NCBI GenBank assembly: GCA_038851755.1 | Contig: JAWCKR010000002.1 | Span: 55,557-119,556 of the forward strand | Direction: 5' to 3' | Length of the DNA stretch: 64,000 nucleotides | From: Candidatus Hadarchaeales archaeon | GTDB lineage: Archaea > Hadarchaeota > Hadarchaeia > Hadarchaeales > WYZ-LMO6 | Part shown: piece by piece, positions 36,434-46,188 of the stretch | Numbering within the stretch: the first letter of the stretch is position 1 | Layout of the letters: the number at the start of each line of letters is the position of its first letter | The notes under the pieces: generated by a model | What the model was told of the DNA's origin: nothing | The model's input: only the letters and a program-made list of their open reading frames with translations | Database searches by the model: none | Position numbers and translations under genes: made by a program

Positions 36434-36495
36434 CCTGCCACCTTCCTACTCCCTCTACCGGGGATTAAAAAGTTCGTAGAGGGGAAAAACTGGGG

Positions 36496-36520
36496 AAGGA
36501 AGAAAAAAGAAAAAGGAAAG
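36496..36520 (-). terminator. U-rich terminator after the pilin gene
   Basis: Pyrimidine/T tract on the minus strand just downstream of the stop at 36530. Confidence 0.45.
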
Positions 36521-36529
36521 GGGAGGAGT

Positions 36530-36931
36530 CTAGCCCTGGGCTATGGGTACGTCGTAGACGTGGCCGGAGGGCTTGTGCCTGATTTGGACCTTGTCTCCTA
36601 CTCCCAGCTGACCAGCGTCCACGTAAGTTTTCAGCCCTGAGAGGACGGCTGTTGCCCCTTCGCTGAGTTCACCCGAACCGGCCGTCCAAGTACCCCTCAC
36701 CGTACCGGCGGAGGTTTTTCCTCGGTATTCCCAGTCGCCGTCCTTGATGGTGCCGCTCGGTCCTCCCACGCTCAGCGTTATGTTGTTGTCGGATCCGAGG
36801 GTGGCGGTGAAGGACATGGTGGGGAAACCCCCCGTCCTGGTGACGTAGTAGACGGCCCCGGCCACCACGATGAGCACTGCGGCCAGGATCAGCAGGTACT
36901 CGATGGCGCCCTGTCCCTTCTTTCCGAACAT
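36530..36931 (-). CDS. Archaeal type IV pilin-like protein (class III signal peptide)
   Basis: MFGKKG/QGAIEYLLILAAVLIVV: cleavage motif with +5 Glu followed by a hydrophobic helix. Confidence 0.88.
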   Translation of the reverse strand: MFGKKGQGAIEYLLILAAVLIVVAGAVYYVTRTGGFPTMSFTATLGSDNNITLSVGGPSGTIKDGDWEYRGKTSAGTVRGTWTAGSGELSEGATAVLSGLKTYVDAGQLGVGDKVQIRHKPSGHVYDVPIAQG

Positions 36932-37030
36932 CCCTAACACCGTTTAAAGGTATAAAAGAGGCGTTATAAAAGGGTTCCGAGGGCTTTTTCGCGGTTCTAA
37001 TCGGATTTTTAGCACGGGAGGGGGAGGAGG

Positions 37031-37741
37031 GTGATGGCCCGCGTGATTTCCTTCGCCTCCGGCAAGGGAGGGACGGGGAAAACGATGGTGGTGGCCAACC
37101 TGGGGGTATGTCTGGCGAGGAGGGGGAAGAAGGTGGTCGTCCTGGATGCGGACCTCACCATGGCCAACCTGGGCCTGCTCTTCGGTTTGGAGGAGAGGTT
37201 CACCCTCCATGACGTGCTGGCGGGGAAGGCGGAGGTGGAGGAGGCCCTGCACGAGGTCATGCCCAAGCTGGAGGTGGTGCAGGGTGGCCTGTCCCTGAAG
37301 GACATAGGGCAGATCAGGCTGGATCGCCTGAAGGGGGTGGTGGGGAAGCTCTCCAGGAGGGCGGATTACGTGCTGGTGGATTGCCCCTCCGGTTTCGAGG
37401 AGGACTTCGTCGCGGCTCTGACGGTCTCCTCCCAGGTGGTGCTGGTGGTCAACCCGGACCCTCTTTCGGTGGCGGAGGCCATGAAGGTGAAGAGGATGGC
37501 GACCAAGCTGCACGTCGGTCTCCTGGGAATGGTGGTGAACAGGGTGGTGGGAAAGGACGCCGACCTCCCCCTAAAGGAGATAGAGACCCTCCTGGAGCTT
37601 CCCCTGCTGGGTGCCATACCCGAGGACGAGGAGGTGGCGAGGTCCCTGGCCAGCGGCAAGCCCCTGGTGCTCCAGGACCCGAGGTCCCCCGCTTCCAAGG
37701 CCATGGAGAAGATCGCCGAGGTCCTCCTGAGGAGGAAATAG
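37031..37741 (+). CDS. minD: MinD/ParA family ATPase (copy 1)
   Basis: SGKGGTGKT, DADLTMANL, DCP and IPED. Confidence 0.88.
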   Translation: MMARVISFASGKGGTGKTMVVANLGVCLARRGKKVVVLDADLTMANLGLLFGLEERFTLHDVLAGKAEVEEALHEVMPKLEVVQGGLSLKDIGQIRLDRLKGVVGKLSRRADYVLVDCPSGFEEDFVAALTVSSQVVLVVNPDPLSVAEAMKVKRMATKLHVGLLGMVVNRVVGKDADLPLKEIETLLELPLLGAIPEDEEVARSLASGKPLVLQDPRSPASKAMEKIAEVLLRRK

Positions 37742-37786
37742 GGCAGCATTCCCTTTATAGAAGCCCGACCAATCTCTCTTGTGGGC

Positions 37787-38143
37787 ATGAGGAGGGAGGT
37801 TCTGGAGCTGCGCCGGCGCCTGGAGGTGACGGAGAGGGAGCTGCGCCGCCTCTCCCGCTTCGAGTGGGGTTACACCAAGCAGCTGTGGAAGTTCAGCCTC
37901 TTTTCCTGGCTGCTGGGCGTGTTCCTCTTCTTCCTCCTGGTCTTCCTCATCCGACCCTCCCTTCTCACGGGGATCCCTGAAGCCCTCCCCCTCCTGGTGC
38001 TCTCGGCGGCGGCCCCCTTGCTGGCAGTTCTCTACTTCGTCAGCAGGGTGGAGAGGAGGGTGAAGAACCTGGAGCGCAGCAGGGAACTCCTCCTCTCCAG
38101 GTACAAGAGGGCCCTCCTGGAGCACTTCGAGGAATCTACCTGA
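37787..38143 (+). CDS. Small two-TM protein with coiled-coil ends
   Basis: Charged heptad-like N- and C-termini around two hydrophobic segments. Confidence 0.7.
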   Translation: MRREVLELRRRLEVTERELRRLSRFEWGYTKQLWKFSLFSWLLGVFLFFLLVFLIRPSLLTGIPEALPLLVLSAAAPLLAVLYFVSRVERRVKNLERSRELLLSRYKRALLEHFEEST

Positions 38144-38843
38144 GCATCCTGTCCAGCTTTCCCGCCAGGTCGGTGATGGCCCTGGAAGCGGGTGAGCGGG
38201 GATAGAGTTCCACCAGGGGTTCCCCCCTCCTCCAGGCCTTCCTCACGCTCAGGTCCTCTGGCACCTCGCCGAGGATGGGAAGGTCCAGCAGCCGCTTTAT
38301 CTCCCCGGGAGGGAACTCGTAATCCTTCCCCCTTACCCTGTTCAGCACCACTCCTCTGGGGTGAAGGCCCAAGAACTCCAGCAGGACCTTCGTCCTCATG
38401 GTGTCGGAGAGGGAGGTGATCTCCGGCAGGGTGAGCAGGAGGACCTCCTGCCCGGTTTTCAGGACGGCCACGGTTTCCCTCTTCAGGCCCCCGGGGGTGT
38501 CGATGAGCATGAACTCCGCCTTCTCCCCCAGGCCGTCCAGTGCGGAGGGCAGCTTGGCCAGGTCCACCCCCTGCATGTCCCCCGAGATGCTGGAGGGGAC
38601 GACGCGGAGCCCGTGGGGTCCCTCGTACACCGCGTCCGAGGGAGGAATCTCACCCCTCAGGACATCGTTCAGGGTGTAGGGGGCCCTCTCCAGCTTGAAG
38701 AGGAGACCCAGGTTGGGGGAGGAGAAACAGGCATCGACCAGCATGGTGGTCCTCCCCTCCTTGGCGAGCGCCAGGGCCAGGTTGGCCGTAAGGGTGGTGC
38801 GACCCACCCCACCCTTCCCGGAAGCCAGGACGATTCTCCTCAT
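38136..38843 (-). CDS. minD: MinD/ParA family ATPase (copy 2)
   Basis: SGKGGVGRTT, DTPGG and VPED; ATG at 38843. Confidence 0.82.
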   Translation of the reverse strand: MRRIVLASGKGGVGRTTLTANLALALAKEGRTTMLVDACFSSPNLGLLFKLERAPYTLNDVLRGEIPPSDAVYEGPHGLRVVPSSISGDMQGVDLAKLPSALDGLGEKAEFMLIDTPGGLKRETVAVLKTGQEVLLLTLPEITSLSDTMRTKVLLEFLGLHPRGVVLNRVRGKDYEFPPGEIKRLLDLPILGEVPEDLSVRKAWRRGEPLVELYPRSPASRAITDLAGKLDRMLR

Positions 38844-38919
38844 GGGGGCCTCTTTCCCTTTTCCCTCTCTCCGCCCTTCACCATAATTCTTAAATAGCTC
38901 TTCAGGTATCTTATTCGTT

Positions 38920-40914
38920 ATGCCGGCATCGGCCCCGAGAGTGGGTGTTTTCCTGTGCAAGTGCGGAGGGAACATCGCCGACTTCGTGGACCTTGAGGCA
39001 GTGAAGAAGGCCGTGGAGAAGATCGACGGGGTGGTGGCCGTGGAGGTGGACGAGCACTGGTGCTCCTCCCCGGCCGGGAAGAGGATAAAGGAGGTGATAA
39101 AGGAGAAGAACCTCAACCGCGTGGTGATCGTCGCCTGCACCCTCAACATGCACCAGCCGCACTTCATGGAGGTCCTCCAGGAGGCGGGCCTCAACCCCTA
39201 CCTGCTGGAGAGGGTGAACGCCAGGGAGCAGTGCTCCTGGGTCCACAAGGACAGCCCCAAGGAGGCCACCGAGAAGGTGATCGACCTCGTGAGGGGAGGG
39301 GTGGCCAGGGCGAAGTACCTCTCCGAGCTCTCCCCCATCGTGGAGAAGATCAAGAAGAACGTGGTGGTGGTGGGGGGAGGGGTGGCGGGGATCATCGCCT
39401 CCCTCGAGCTGGCCTACGGGGGCTACAAGGTCTTCCTGGTGGAGAAGTCCCCCACCATCGGGGGCAGGATGGCCAAGTTCTCCAAGGTCTTCCCCTCCCT
39501 CGACTGCGCCTCCTGCATCCTCACCCCCAGGATGGCGGAGGTGGAGTCCCACAAGAACATCACCCTCCTCACCTACTCCGAGGTCCAGGAGGTTTCCGGT
39601 TCCGCGGGCAACTTCAAGGTGAAGATCCTCAGGAAGCCCAGGTACGTGGACCCGGCCCTCTGCACGGGCTGCAGGGACTGCACGACGGTATGTCCCGTGA
39701 AGGTGCCCAACGAGTGGAACATGGGGATGGACAAGAGGACCGCCATCTACATACCCTTCCCCGAGGCCGTCCCCAGGGTGGCCACGGTGGACGAGGCCAA
39801 CTGCCTGTACCTGAAGCACAGCAAGCCGGGTAAACCGGTGTGCGGGAAGTGCGTGGAGGTGTGTAAGGCCAAGGCGATAAACTTCGAGATGAAACCCGAG
39901 GTGGTGGAGGTGGAGGCCGGTGCCATCCTCATAACGGTGGGGAGCGAGGTCTTCGACGCGAAGAAGGTCCCGCAGCTGGGGTATGGGCTGTACAAGAACG
40001 TCATCACCAGCATGGAGTTCGAGCGCATGATCAACTCCGACGGCCCCACGGGCGGGAAGGTGGTGAACCCGGTGACGGGGGAGACGCCCAAGGTGGTGGC
40101 CTTCATCCAGTGCGTGGGGAGCAGGGACGAGAAGTACAACCCCTACTGCTGCAGGATAGGGTGCACGGCCTCCCTGAAGCACGCCTCCCTCCTGAAGGAG
40201 TACGTGAGCAAGGACATCGACATCTACATCTGCTACAACGACATGCGCACGGTGGGAAAGGGCTTTGAGGAGTTCTACAGGAGGGTGAGGGATATGGGGG
40301 TGAAGTTCATCAGGGGCCTCCCCTCCGAGGTGAAGCAGAAGCCGGACGGGTCCCTCGCCTTCAACGTGTTCGACACCACCACCGAGACCCTCTACGAGGT
40401 GAACGCGGACCTGGTGGTCCTGGCGATAGGGCTGGTGCCCACTCCCGACATAGAGAAGGTGGCGAAGCTCCTGAAGCTCTCGAAGGGCCATGACGGCTTC
40501 CTGCTGGAGGCCCACGAGAAGCTCAGGCCCGTGGAGACCCTCTCGGACGGGATCTTCGTGGCGGGGAGCTGCCTGGGCCCCATGGACATCCACGATGCCA
40601 CCTCGGAGGCCATGGGTGCGGCCTCCAAGATAATGGGCTTCCTGTCGGCCGGTGAGATCGTGAAGGAGCCCATCGTGGCCAGGGTGAACGAGGACCTCTG
40701 CAGCGGGTGCAGGGTCTGCGTTTCCGTCTGTCCCTTCGACGCCATCAAGATGGAGGACAAGGGGGAGGGCAAGTTCGTGGCCAAGGTGGACGAGGTGCTC
40801 TGCAAGGGATGCGGGCTCTGCGCCGCCTCCTGCCCGACGGCGGCAGTCACCACCCAGCACTTCACGGACGAGCAGATCAGGTCCCAGGTGAGGGGTATCC
40901 TGGTGGGAGCATGA
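38920..40914 (+). CDS. hdrA: Heterodisulfide reductase subunit A
   Basis: VFLCKCGGNI, REQCSWVH, VGGGVAG, FPSLDCASC, IQCVGSRD, CCRIGC and C-terminal ferredoxin. Confidence 0.96.
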   Translation: MPASAPRVGVFLCKCGGNIADFVDLEAVKKAVEKIDGVVAVEVDEHWCSSPAGKRIKEVIKEKNLNRVVIVACTLNMHQPHFMEVLQEAGLNPYLLERVNAREQCSWVHKDSPKEATEKVIDLVRGGVARAKYLSELSPIVEKIKKNVVVVGGGVAGIIASLELAYGGYKVFLVEKSPTIGGRMAKFSKVFPSLDCASCILTPRMAEVESHKNITLLTYSEVQEVSGSAGNFKVKILRKPRYVDPALCTGCRDCTTVCPVKVPNEWNMGMDKRTAIYIPFPEAVPRVATVDEANCLYLKHSKPGKPVCGKCVEVCKAKAINFEMKPEVVEVEAGAILITVGSEVFDAKKVPQLGYGLYKNVITSMEFERMINSDGPTGGKVVNPVTGETPKVVAFIQCVGSRDEKYNPYCCRIGCTASLKHASLLKEYVSKDIDIYICYNDMRTVGKGFEEFYRRVRDMGVKFIRGLPSEVKQKPDGSLAFNVFDTTTETLYEVNADLVVLAIGLVPTPDIEKVAKLLKLSKGHDGFLLEAHEKLRPVETLSDGIFVAGSCLGPMDIHDATSEAMGAASKIMGFLSAGEIVKEPIVARVNEDLCSGCRVCVSVCPFDAIKMEDKGEGKFVAKVDEVLCKGCGLCAASCPTAAVTTQHFTDEQIRSQVRGILVGA

Positions 40915-41327
40915 GCGAGTTCCAGCCGAAGATCGTGGCCTTCTGCTGCAACTGGTGCTCATACGCGGGGGCAGACCAGGCGGGCCTGAGGAGGCTCCAG
41001 TATCCCCCGACGGCCAGGATCGTGAGGCTCATGTGCAGCGGCAGGCTCGACCCCGTGTTCGTGCTGGAGGCCTTCAAGCACGGGGCCGACGGGGTGCTCG
41101 TGGCCGGCTGCCACACCCCCACCGACTGCCACTACACCTCCGGGAACTTCAAGGCGGAGCGCAGGGTCCTCCTCCTCAAGAGGGTCCTGGAGGAGATGGG
41201 CATAGAGCCTGAGCGCCTCAGGCTGGAGTGGATCTCTGCCTCGGAGGGTGAGAAGTTCGCAAAGGTCATAGAGGAGATGACCCAGCAGCTGAAGCAGCTG
41301 GGCCCCAGCCCCCTCAGGCGTTCCTGA
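40911..41327 (+). CDS. mvhD: Hydrogenase/Hdr-associated 2Fe-2S subunit MvhD
   Basis: FCCNWCSYAGAD, MCSGR, GCH..DCHY and WISASEG. Confidence 0.95.
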   Translation: MSEFQPKIVAFCCNWCSYAGADQAGLRRLQYPPTARIVRLMCSGRLDPVFVLEAFKHGADGVLVAGCHTPTDCHYTSGNFKAERRVLLLKRVLEEMGIEPERLRLEWISASEGEKFAKVIEEMTQQLKQLGPSPLRRS

Positions 41328-43620
41328 GCCTCCTGGCCGCGCAGGCAGCCTGACCCACCGAGATTCCACCGTCCCCGGGCGGCAGCAGCACGTGCCTCAG
41401 GAACCTCAGCCCCCTCCTCTCCACCTCCCTCTCCACCTCCGCCGTGAAGTACCTGTTGCAGAAGACCCCTCCCGAGGCCCCCACCGTCCTTATTCCCCTC
41501 TCCTCGGCCACCCCGCACGCCACCTCCGCCAGGGCGAGGGCGATGGCCCTGTGGACCGAGGCGGCCACGTGCCTCCTGGGCACCCCCGAGCGCACGGCCT
41601 CCACCACCCCCGCCAGGAGGGAGGAGGTGTCCACCCGCCCCCCGGAGATCCTGCAGGGGAGAGGCACGGCCTTCGGGTCGCCTTCCCCCGCCACCGCCTC
41701 CAGCTTCATGGCGGGCTCCCCCTCGTAGGTCCTTTCCCAGCAGATCCCCAGCACGCAGGCCACCGCGTCCAGCACCCTGCCGCAGCTGCTCGTGAGGGGC
41801 AGGTTGCCCCTCTCCAGCTGCCTCAGCACCACCTCCCTCTCCCTCTCCCCCCTCGGGAAGCCCGAGGGACAGAGCTCCTCCAGCACCCTCTCCGTGGCCT
41901 CCCTGCCCAGCTCCCTCCACAGGATGCCGGCCACCATCCTGGCGGGGAACCTGGTGGCGGCGTCCCCCCCGGGCATGGGCTGCGGCAGGAGCCCACCCAC
42001 CCTCTCGAAGGAGGAGAAGTCGGCCACCATCACCTCTCCTCCCCAGACCGTTCCGTCGGTCCCGTACCCCGCCCCGTCGCAGGCTATCCCCACCACCTCC
42101 TCCACCCCGCTCTCCGCCAGGAGGGAGCAGAGGTGGGCGTGGTGGTGCTGGACCTCCACCCTCTCGGCCCCCCACTCCTCCGCCCACTCCCTGGCCAGCC
42201 TGGTGGTGGGATAGAGGGGGTTGAGGTCGTGGGCCACCGCCTCCACCCTTTCCACCCTGAGCAGCCTCCTGAGGGACCCTGCGGCCTCCTTCAGGTACTC
42301 CAGCGTCTCCAGCTTTCCCGTGTCCCCCACGTGCTGGCTGGGGAAGCACCGGTTCCCCACCAGGAGGGAGGCCGTCACGTTCTCCTCCGCCCCCACCGCC
42401 AGCACGGTCCTCCCGGAGGAGAAGGGAAGGACGATGGGCTCGGGCACGTACCCCCTGGAGCGCCGGAGGAAGACGGTTTTACCCCCCACCACCTTCAGCA
42501 CGGAGTCGTCGCACCTGTTGACGATCCTCCTGTTGTGGAGGAGGAGATAGTCCACCTTTCCCCTGAGTTCCCTCATGGCCCTCTCGTTGTCCACGATCAT
42601 GGGGAGGCCGGGGGGGTTGGCGCTGGTCATCACGTACGCGGGCTCCCTTCCGTGCTGGAGCACTAGGAGGTGGATGCCCGAGTAGGGGAGCATCACCCCC
42701 ACGGAGTCCAGGCCCGGGGAGACCAGCTCGGAGAGGGGAAAGTCCCTGGAACGCCTGAGGACCACGATGGGGCGACGGTGGGAGGTCAGCTCCCTCGCCT
42801 CCTCCTCGCCCACCTCCGCGAAGGTGCGCACGGTCTCCAGGTCCCTGGACATCACGGCGAAGGGCTGCTGGGGGCGGCGGAAGGTCTCCCTCAGCCTACT
42901 CAGGGGTTCGTCCTCCACCGTTCGGCAGGCGAGGTGGGTACCCCCTATCCCCTTCAGACCCACGATGAAGCCCTCGTCCAGGAGCCTGGCCACCTCCCGC
43001 AGGGGATCCCTCACCTCCACCTTCCTCCCCCCCTCCTCGTAGAGTTCGACCGAGGGGCCGCAGGCGGGGCAGCAGGTGGTCTCCGCGTGGTACCGCCGGT
43101 CGGAGGGTTCCGTGTACTCCCGCAGGCACAGGGGGCAGAGGGGGAAGTCCACCATGGAGGTCCTCTCCCGGTCGTAGGGCAGGTCGGAGATCACCGTGAA
43201 GCGCGGTCCGCAGTCGACGCAGGTGGTGAAGGGATAGCCGTACCTCCTGTCCCGGGGGTCCAGCATCTCCCTCGCGCACTCCCCGCACACCGCCAGGTCG
43301 GGAGGGATCACGGAGGCCCCTCCCAGCCCCTCCGCCCTGCTCTCCCTCACCTCGAAGGTCCCGAACTCCCCCGTGGGGTGGGCCCACCTCACCCTCACCT
43401 CCTCCACCCTGGAGAGGGGAGGGGCCTTCTCCCTGAGGGAGGAGAGGAAGGCCTCTATCTCCTCCCTTCCCCCCTCCACCACGATCTGTACCCCCGCATC
43501 TCCCATGTTCCTCACGAAGCCCTTCAGGCCGTGGGCGCGGGCCAGCCTGTAGACGAAGGGCCTGAAGCCCACTCCCTGGACCACTCCCGTGACCCCCACT
43601 TCCGCCCTGGAGAGACCCAT
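41314..43620 (-). CDS. hypF: Carbamoyltransferase HypF
   Basis: GVVQGVGFRPFVY, Zn fingers, KGIGG, QHHHAH and DGGISVGQ. Confidence 0.96.
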   Translation of the reverse strand: MGLSRAEVGVTGVVQGVGFRPFVYRLARAHGLKGFVRNMGDAGVQIVVEGGREEIEAFLSSLREKAPPLSRVEEVRVRWAHPTGEFGTFEVRESRAEGLGGASVIPPDLAVCGECAREMLDPRDRRYGYPFTTCVDCGPRFTVISDLPYDRERTSMVDFPLCPLCLREYTEPSDRRYHAETTCCPACGPSVELYEEGGRKVEVRDPLREVARLLDEGFIVGLKGIGGTHLACRTVEDEPLSRLRETFRRPQQPFAVMSRDLETVRTFAEVGEEEARELTSHRRPIVVLRRSRDFPLSELVSPGLDSVGVMLPYSGIHLLVLQHGREPAYVMTSANPPGLPMIVDNERAMRELRGKVDYLLLHNRRIVNRCDDSVLKVVGGKTVFLRRSRGYVPEPIVLPFSSGRTVLAVGAEENVTASLLVGNRCFPSQHVGDTGKLETLEYLKEAAGSLRRLLRVERVEAVAHDLNPLYPTTRLAREWAEEWGAERVEVQHHHAHLCSLLAESGVEEVVGIACDGAGYGTDGTVWGGEVMVADFSSFERVGGLLPQPMPGGDAATRFPARMVAGILWRELGREATERVLEELCPSGFPRGEREREVVLRQLERGNLPLTSSCGRVLDAVACVLGICWERTYEGEPAMKLEAVAGEGDPKAVPLPCRISGGRVDTSSLLAGVVEAVRSGVPRRHVAASVHRAIALALAEVACGVAEERGIRTVGASGGVFCNRYFTAEVEREVERRGLRFLRHVLLPPGDGGISVGQAACAARRLRNA

Positions 43621-43624
43621 CCCC

Positions 43625-44356
43625 TCAGCCCCTCAGGTACTCCTCCAGCGCCCTCTCCGCGTCGGAGGCGAAGGAGGTCCTGAGCAGCCTGTCCACATCG
43701 CCCAGCGCCTCCTCCACTCCCGGATCGTACCTCACCCTTCCCAGGAGGCGCACGCCCTTCCAGGGGGAGGAAGAGGAGGAGAAGTTTTCCACCACTCCGG
43801 CTATCCTGGCCCCCGCCATCCTCAGGCCCTCCACCATCCTCCCCACGCTCTCCCTGGAGAGCCTGGAGGGTGTGGAGACCACCAGGAACTCGGTTCCCTT
43901 CGCGAGCCTGAGGAGCTCCAGGAGTTCGTCCCCGCTCCCCGGGGGCATGTCGACCACCAGGTAGTCCAGCCTGCCCCAGCGGGCGGTGGAGAGGAGGTCC
44001 AGGAGGGAGGAGGCGATGCCCCCCTTCCTCAGGAGCAGGGGCCTCTCGCCCGAGAAGTGGACCACGGAGAGGAACCTCAGCCCGTGGACCTCCGCCGGCA
44101 CCAGGCCCCTCTCCTCCGCGATCCTCCCGGTCTCCCCCAGGATGAGGTGCGCGGAGGGGCTGTGGAAGTCCAGGTCCAGGAGCCCCGTGCGGTATCCCTT
44201 CCTGGAGAGGAGGAGGGCCAGCGTGGTGGAGAGGAGGCTCTTCCCCACCCCACCCTTGCAGCTCACCACGGAGAGGACGGTCCCCACCTCCGACAGCCTT
44301 CTCCTGGCCGCGGCCTCCCTCGGGTCTATCTTTCGATCTCCAGCGAGCTCACCCAT
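43625..44356 (-). CDS. Mrp/NBP35 ATPase
   Basis: IDPR, SCKGGVGKS, DLDFH, WGRLDYLVVDMPPG and VVEN; start approximate. Confidence 0.88.
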   Translation of the reverse strand: MGELAGDRKIDPREAAARRRLSEVGTVLSVVSCKGGVGKSLLSTTLALLLSRKGYRTGLLDLDFHSPSAHLILGETGRIAEERGLVPAEVHGLRFLSVVHFSGERPLLLRKGGIASSLLDLLSTARWGRLDYLVVDMPPGSGDELLELLRLAKGTEFLVVSTPSRLSRESVGRMVEGLRMAGARIAGVVENFSSSSSPWKGVRLLGRVRYDPGVEEALGDVDRLLRTSFASDAERALEEYLRG

Positions 44357-44718
44357 ATCCCTCTCCCTCCCTTGATCTCCAGGTCCACGCTGCCGCACCG
44401 GGGGCACTTCAGGAAGAGGGGCAGGAGGTCGGGCAGGAAGTGCAGGGCCTCCTCTTCCCCGCTCCCCCTCTCAGGGAACCACTCGAAGCCGCAGCTCCTG
44501 CAGCCCACCCTCCCCTTCTCCCTCTCCACCCTCACTTCGGCTCCCTCCAGCATGGTCCCCCTGGAGAGCTCCCCCAGGGCGAACCTGAGCAGCTCCTCCT
44601 CCACCCCCTGGATCTCCCCCAGGATGAGCCTGAAGCCCGTGATCCTCTTCGCCCCCTCCCTCCTCCCCCTCTCCAGGAGGGCCTCCACTATTCCCTCCGC
44701 TATGGCCCACTCGTGCAT
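44326..44718 (-). CDS. hypA: Hydrogenase nickel incorporation protein
   Basis: MHEWAIA, CRSC and CPRCGS. Confidence 0.95.
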   Translation of the reverse strand: MHEWAIAEGIVEALLERGRREGAKRITGFRLILGEIQGVEEELLRFALGELSRGTMLEGAEVRVEREKGRVGCRSCGFEWFPERGSGEEEALHFLPDLLPLFLKCPRCGSVDLEIKGGRGIWVSSLEIER

Positions 44719-44780
44719 CCGGATTGAGGGAGGGCCCGGGACTAAAAACCTTTTTTCCCGAGCGCGGAAGAGGAGGTGGC

Positions 44781-45830
44781 TTGACCGAGAGAGTGACGAT
44801 GGCCCACGGTGCTGGCGGGACCGCCATGAGGGAGCTCATCAGGCAGCTCGTCGTGGGTGAGCTGGGCGGGAGCGGTGCGGAGGTACCGCTGGAGGCCCTC
44901 GACGACTCCTCCGTGGTCAACGACATAGCGCTCCACTCCGACTCCTCCACGGTGAAGCCCCTCTTCTTCCCCGGGGGGGACATAGGGAGGCTGGCGGTCT
45001 CCGGGACGGTGAACGACCTGGCCGTGATAGGGGCGAGGCCCCTGGCCCTCACGTGCGGCCTGATCCTTGAAGAGGGTTTCCCCCTTGAGGACCTGCGCAG
45101 GATCCTGAGGAGCGCCTCGGAGACCTGCAGGGAGGCCGGGGTCCACATCATAGCGGGGGACACGAAGGTGATGGAGAGGGGTGCCCTGGACCAGCTGGTG
45201 ATCAACACCTCCGGGATAGGGGTGAGGGGGGAGGAGCTGGAGCACAACCTGGAGGAGGTGAGGAAGCACAGGAGGATGGAGAGCAGGTGGCTGCTGGACT
45301 CCAACCTGAGGCCAGGGGACAAGGTCCTCGTTTCGGGAACGGTGGGGGATCACGGGGTGGCCATCCTCTCCGCCAGGGAGGGCTACGGGTTCGAGACGGA
45401 GGTGAAGTCCGATGTCGCTCCCCTGAACCACATGATAAGGGAGGTGCTGGAGGTGGGAGGGGTGGTGGCCATGAAGGACCCCACCAGGGGGGGCCTCTCC
45501 AACGCCCTCAACGAGTGGAGCGAGAAGTCCGGGGTGGGCATCCTGCTCTGGGAGGAAAGGATACCCGTGAGGGAGGGTGTGAGGGCGGCCTGCGAGATGC
45601 TGGGGGTGGACCCCCTCGAGATGGCCAACGAGGGGAAGGTCGTGATAGGGGTGGTGCCGCAGAAGGCGGAGGAGGTGCTGGAGGCCCTCAGGTCGACGAA
45701 GCTGGGGAGGGAGGCGGAGCTGATAGGGGAGGTCACGGACCAGTTCAGGGAGGTGGTGATGGAGACCTCTCCTGGAGGAAGGAGGATCCTGCCTCCGCCG
45801 TACGGGGATCCCGTCCCCAGGATCTGCTGA
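44781..45830 (+). CDS. hypE: Hydrogenase maturation protein HypE
   Basis: MAHGAGG, PLFFPGGDIG, GDTKV, DPTRGG, NEGK and C-terminal PRIC. Confidence 0.96.
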   Translation: MTERVTMAHGAGGTAMRELIRQLVVGELGGSGAEVPLEALDDSSVVNDIALHSDSSTVKPLFFPGGDIGRLAVSGTVNDLAVIGARPLALTCGLILEEGFPLEDLRRILRSASETCREAGVHIIAGDTKVMERGALDQLVINTSGIGVRGEELEHNLEEVRKHRRMESRWLLDSNLRPGDKVLVSGTVGDHGVAILSAREGYGFETEVKSDVAPLNHMIREVLEVGGVVAMKDPTRGGLSNALNEWSEKSGVGILLWEERIPVREGVRAACEMLGVDPLEMANEGKVVIGVVPQKAEEVLEALRSTKLGREAELIGEVTDQFREVVMETSPGGRRILPPPYGDPVPRIC

Positions 45831-45837
45831 CCGCGGT

Positions 45838-46188
45838 TCAGGGGAGCTGGGTGGGCTCCAGCAGCCTGTTGTCCATCCTGCGCACCAGCGTGACCCACTC
45901 GGGCATGAGCTCCTGCCACTCCCTGGAGCCCAGGAAGTCCGCCCAGAACTCCTCCCTCTTCTCCCTGGTCTCGAAGGCCAGCATGTAGGTGACCTCTTCC
46001 TCCTCCACCACCCTGGCTTCCCCGTCCAGGTCCACCACCTCCCTGTGCCTCGTCACCCAGTGCCCCACCGGCTCCCCCCTTCCGCTGAGCTTCTCCGCTC
46101 CCAGGGGCATGGCCTTGTCCCTGTAGAAGAGGAGGAACTCCCGCAGCTTTCCGGGCCTCACGGTGTAGCTCCTCAGCTCGTAGATCAA
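45838..46188 (-). CDS. NIPSNAP family protein
   Basis: IYELRSYTVRPGK...LLEPT; TTG start overlaps the SDR stop. Confidence 0.8.
   Translation of the reverse strand: MIYELRSYTVRPGKLREFLLFYRDKAMPLGAEKLSGRGEPVGHWVTRHREVVDLDGEARVVEEEEVTYMLAFETREKREEFWADFLGSREWQELMPEWVTLVRRMDNRLLEPTQLP

Noticed and set aside
38911-40962. Long antisense or alternative-frame ORFs (e.g. 683 aa opposite hdrA, 649 aa at 31182, 532 aa at 33047)
   Set aside because: Shadow ORFs of GC-rich coding sequence; they carry no motifs and overlap well-supported genes.
38920-41327. Selenocysteine recoding in hdrA or mvhD
   Set aside because: Both frames are uninterrupted and have Cys codons at the relevant motifs.
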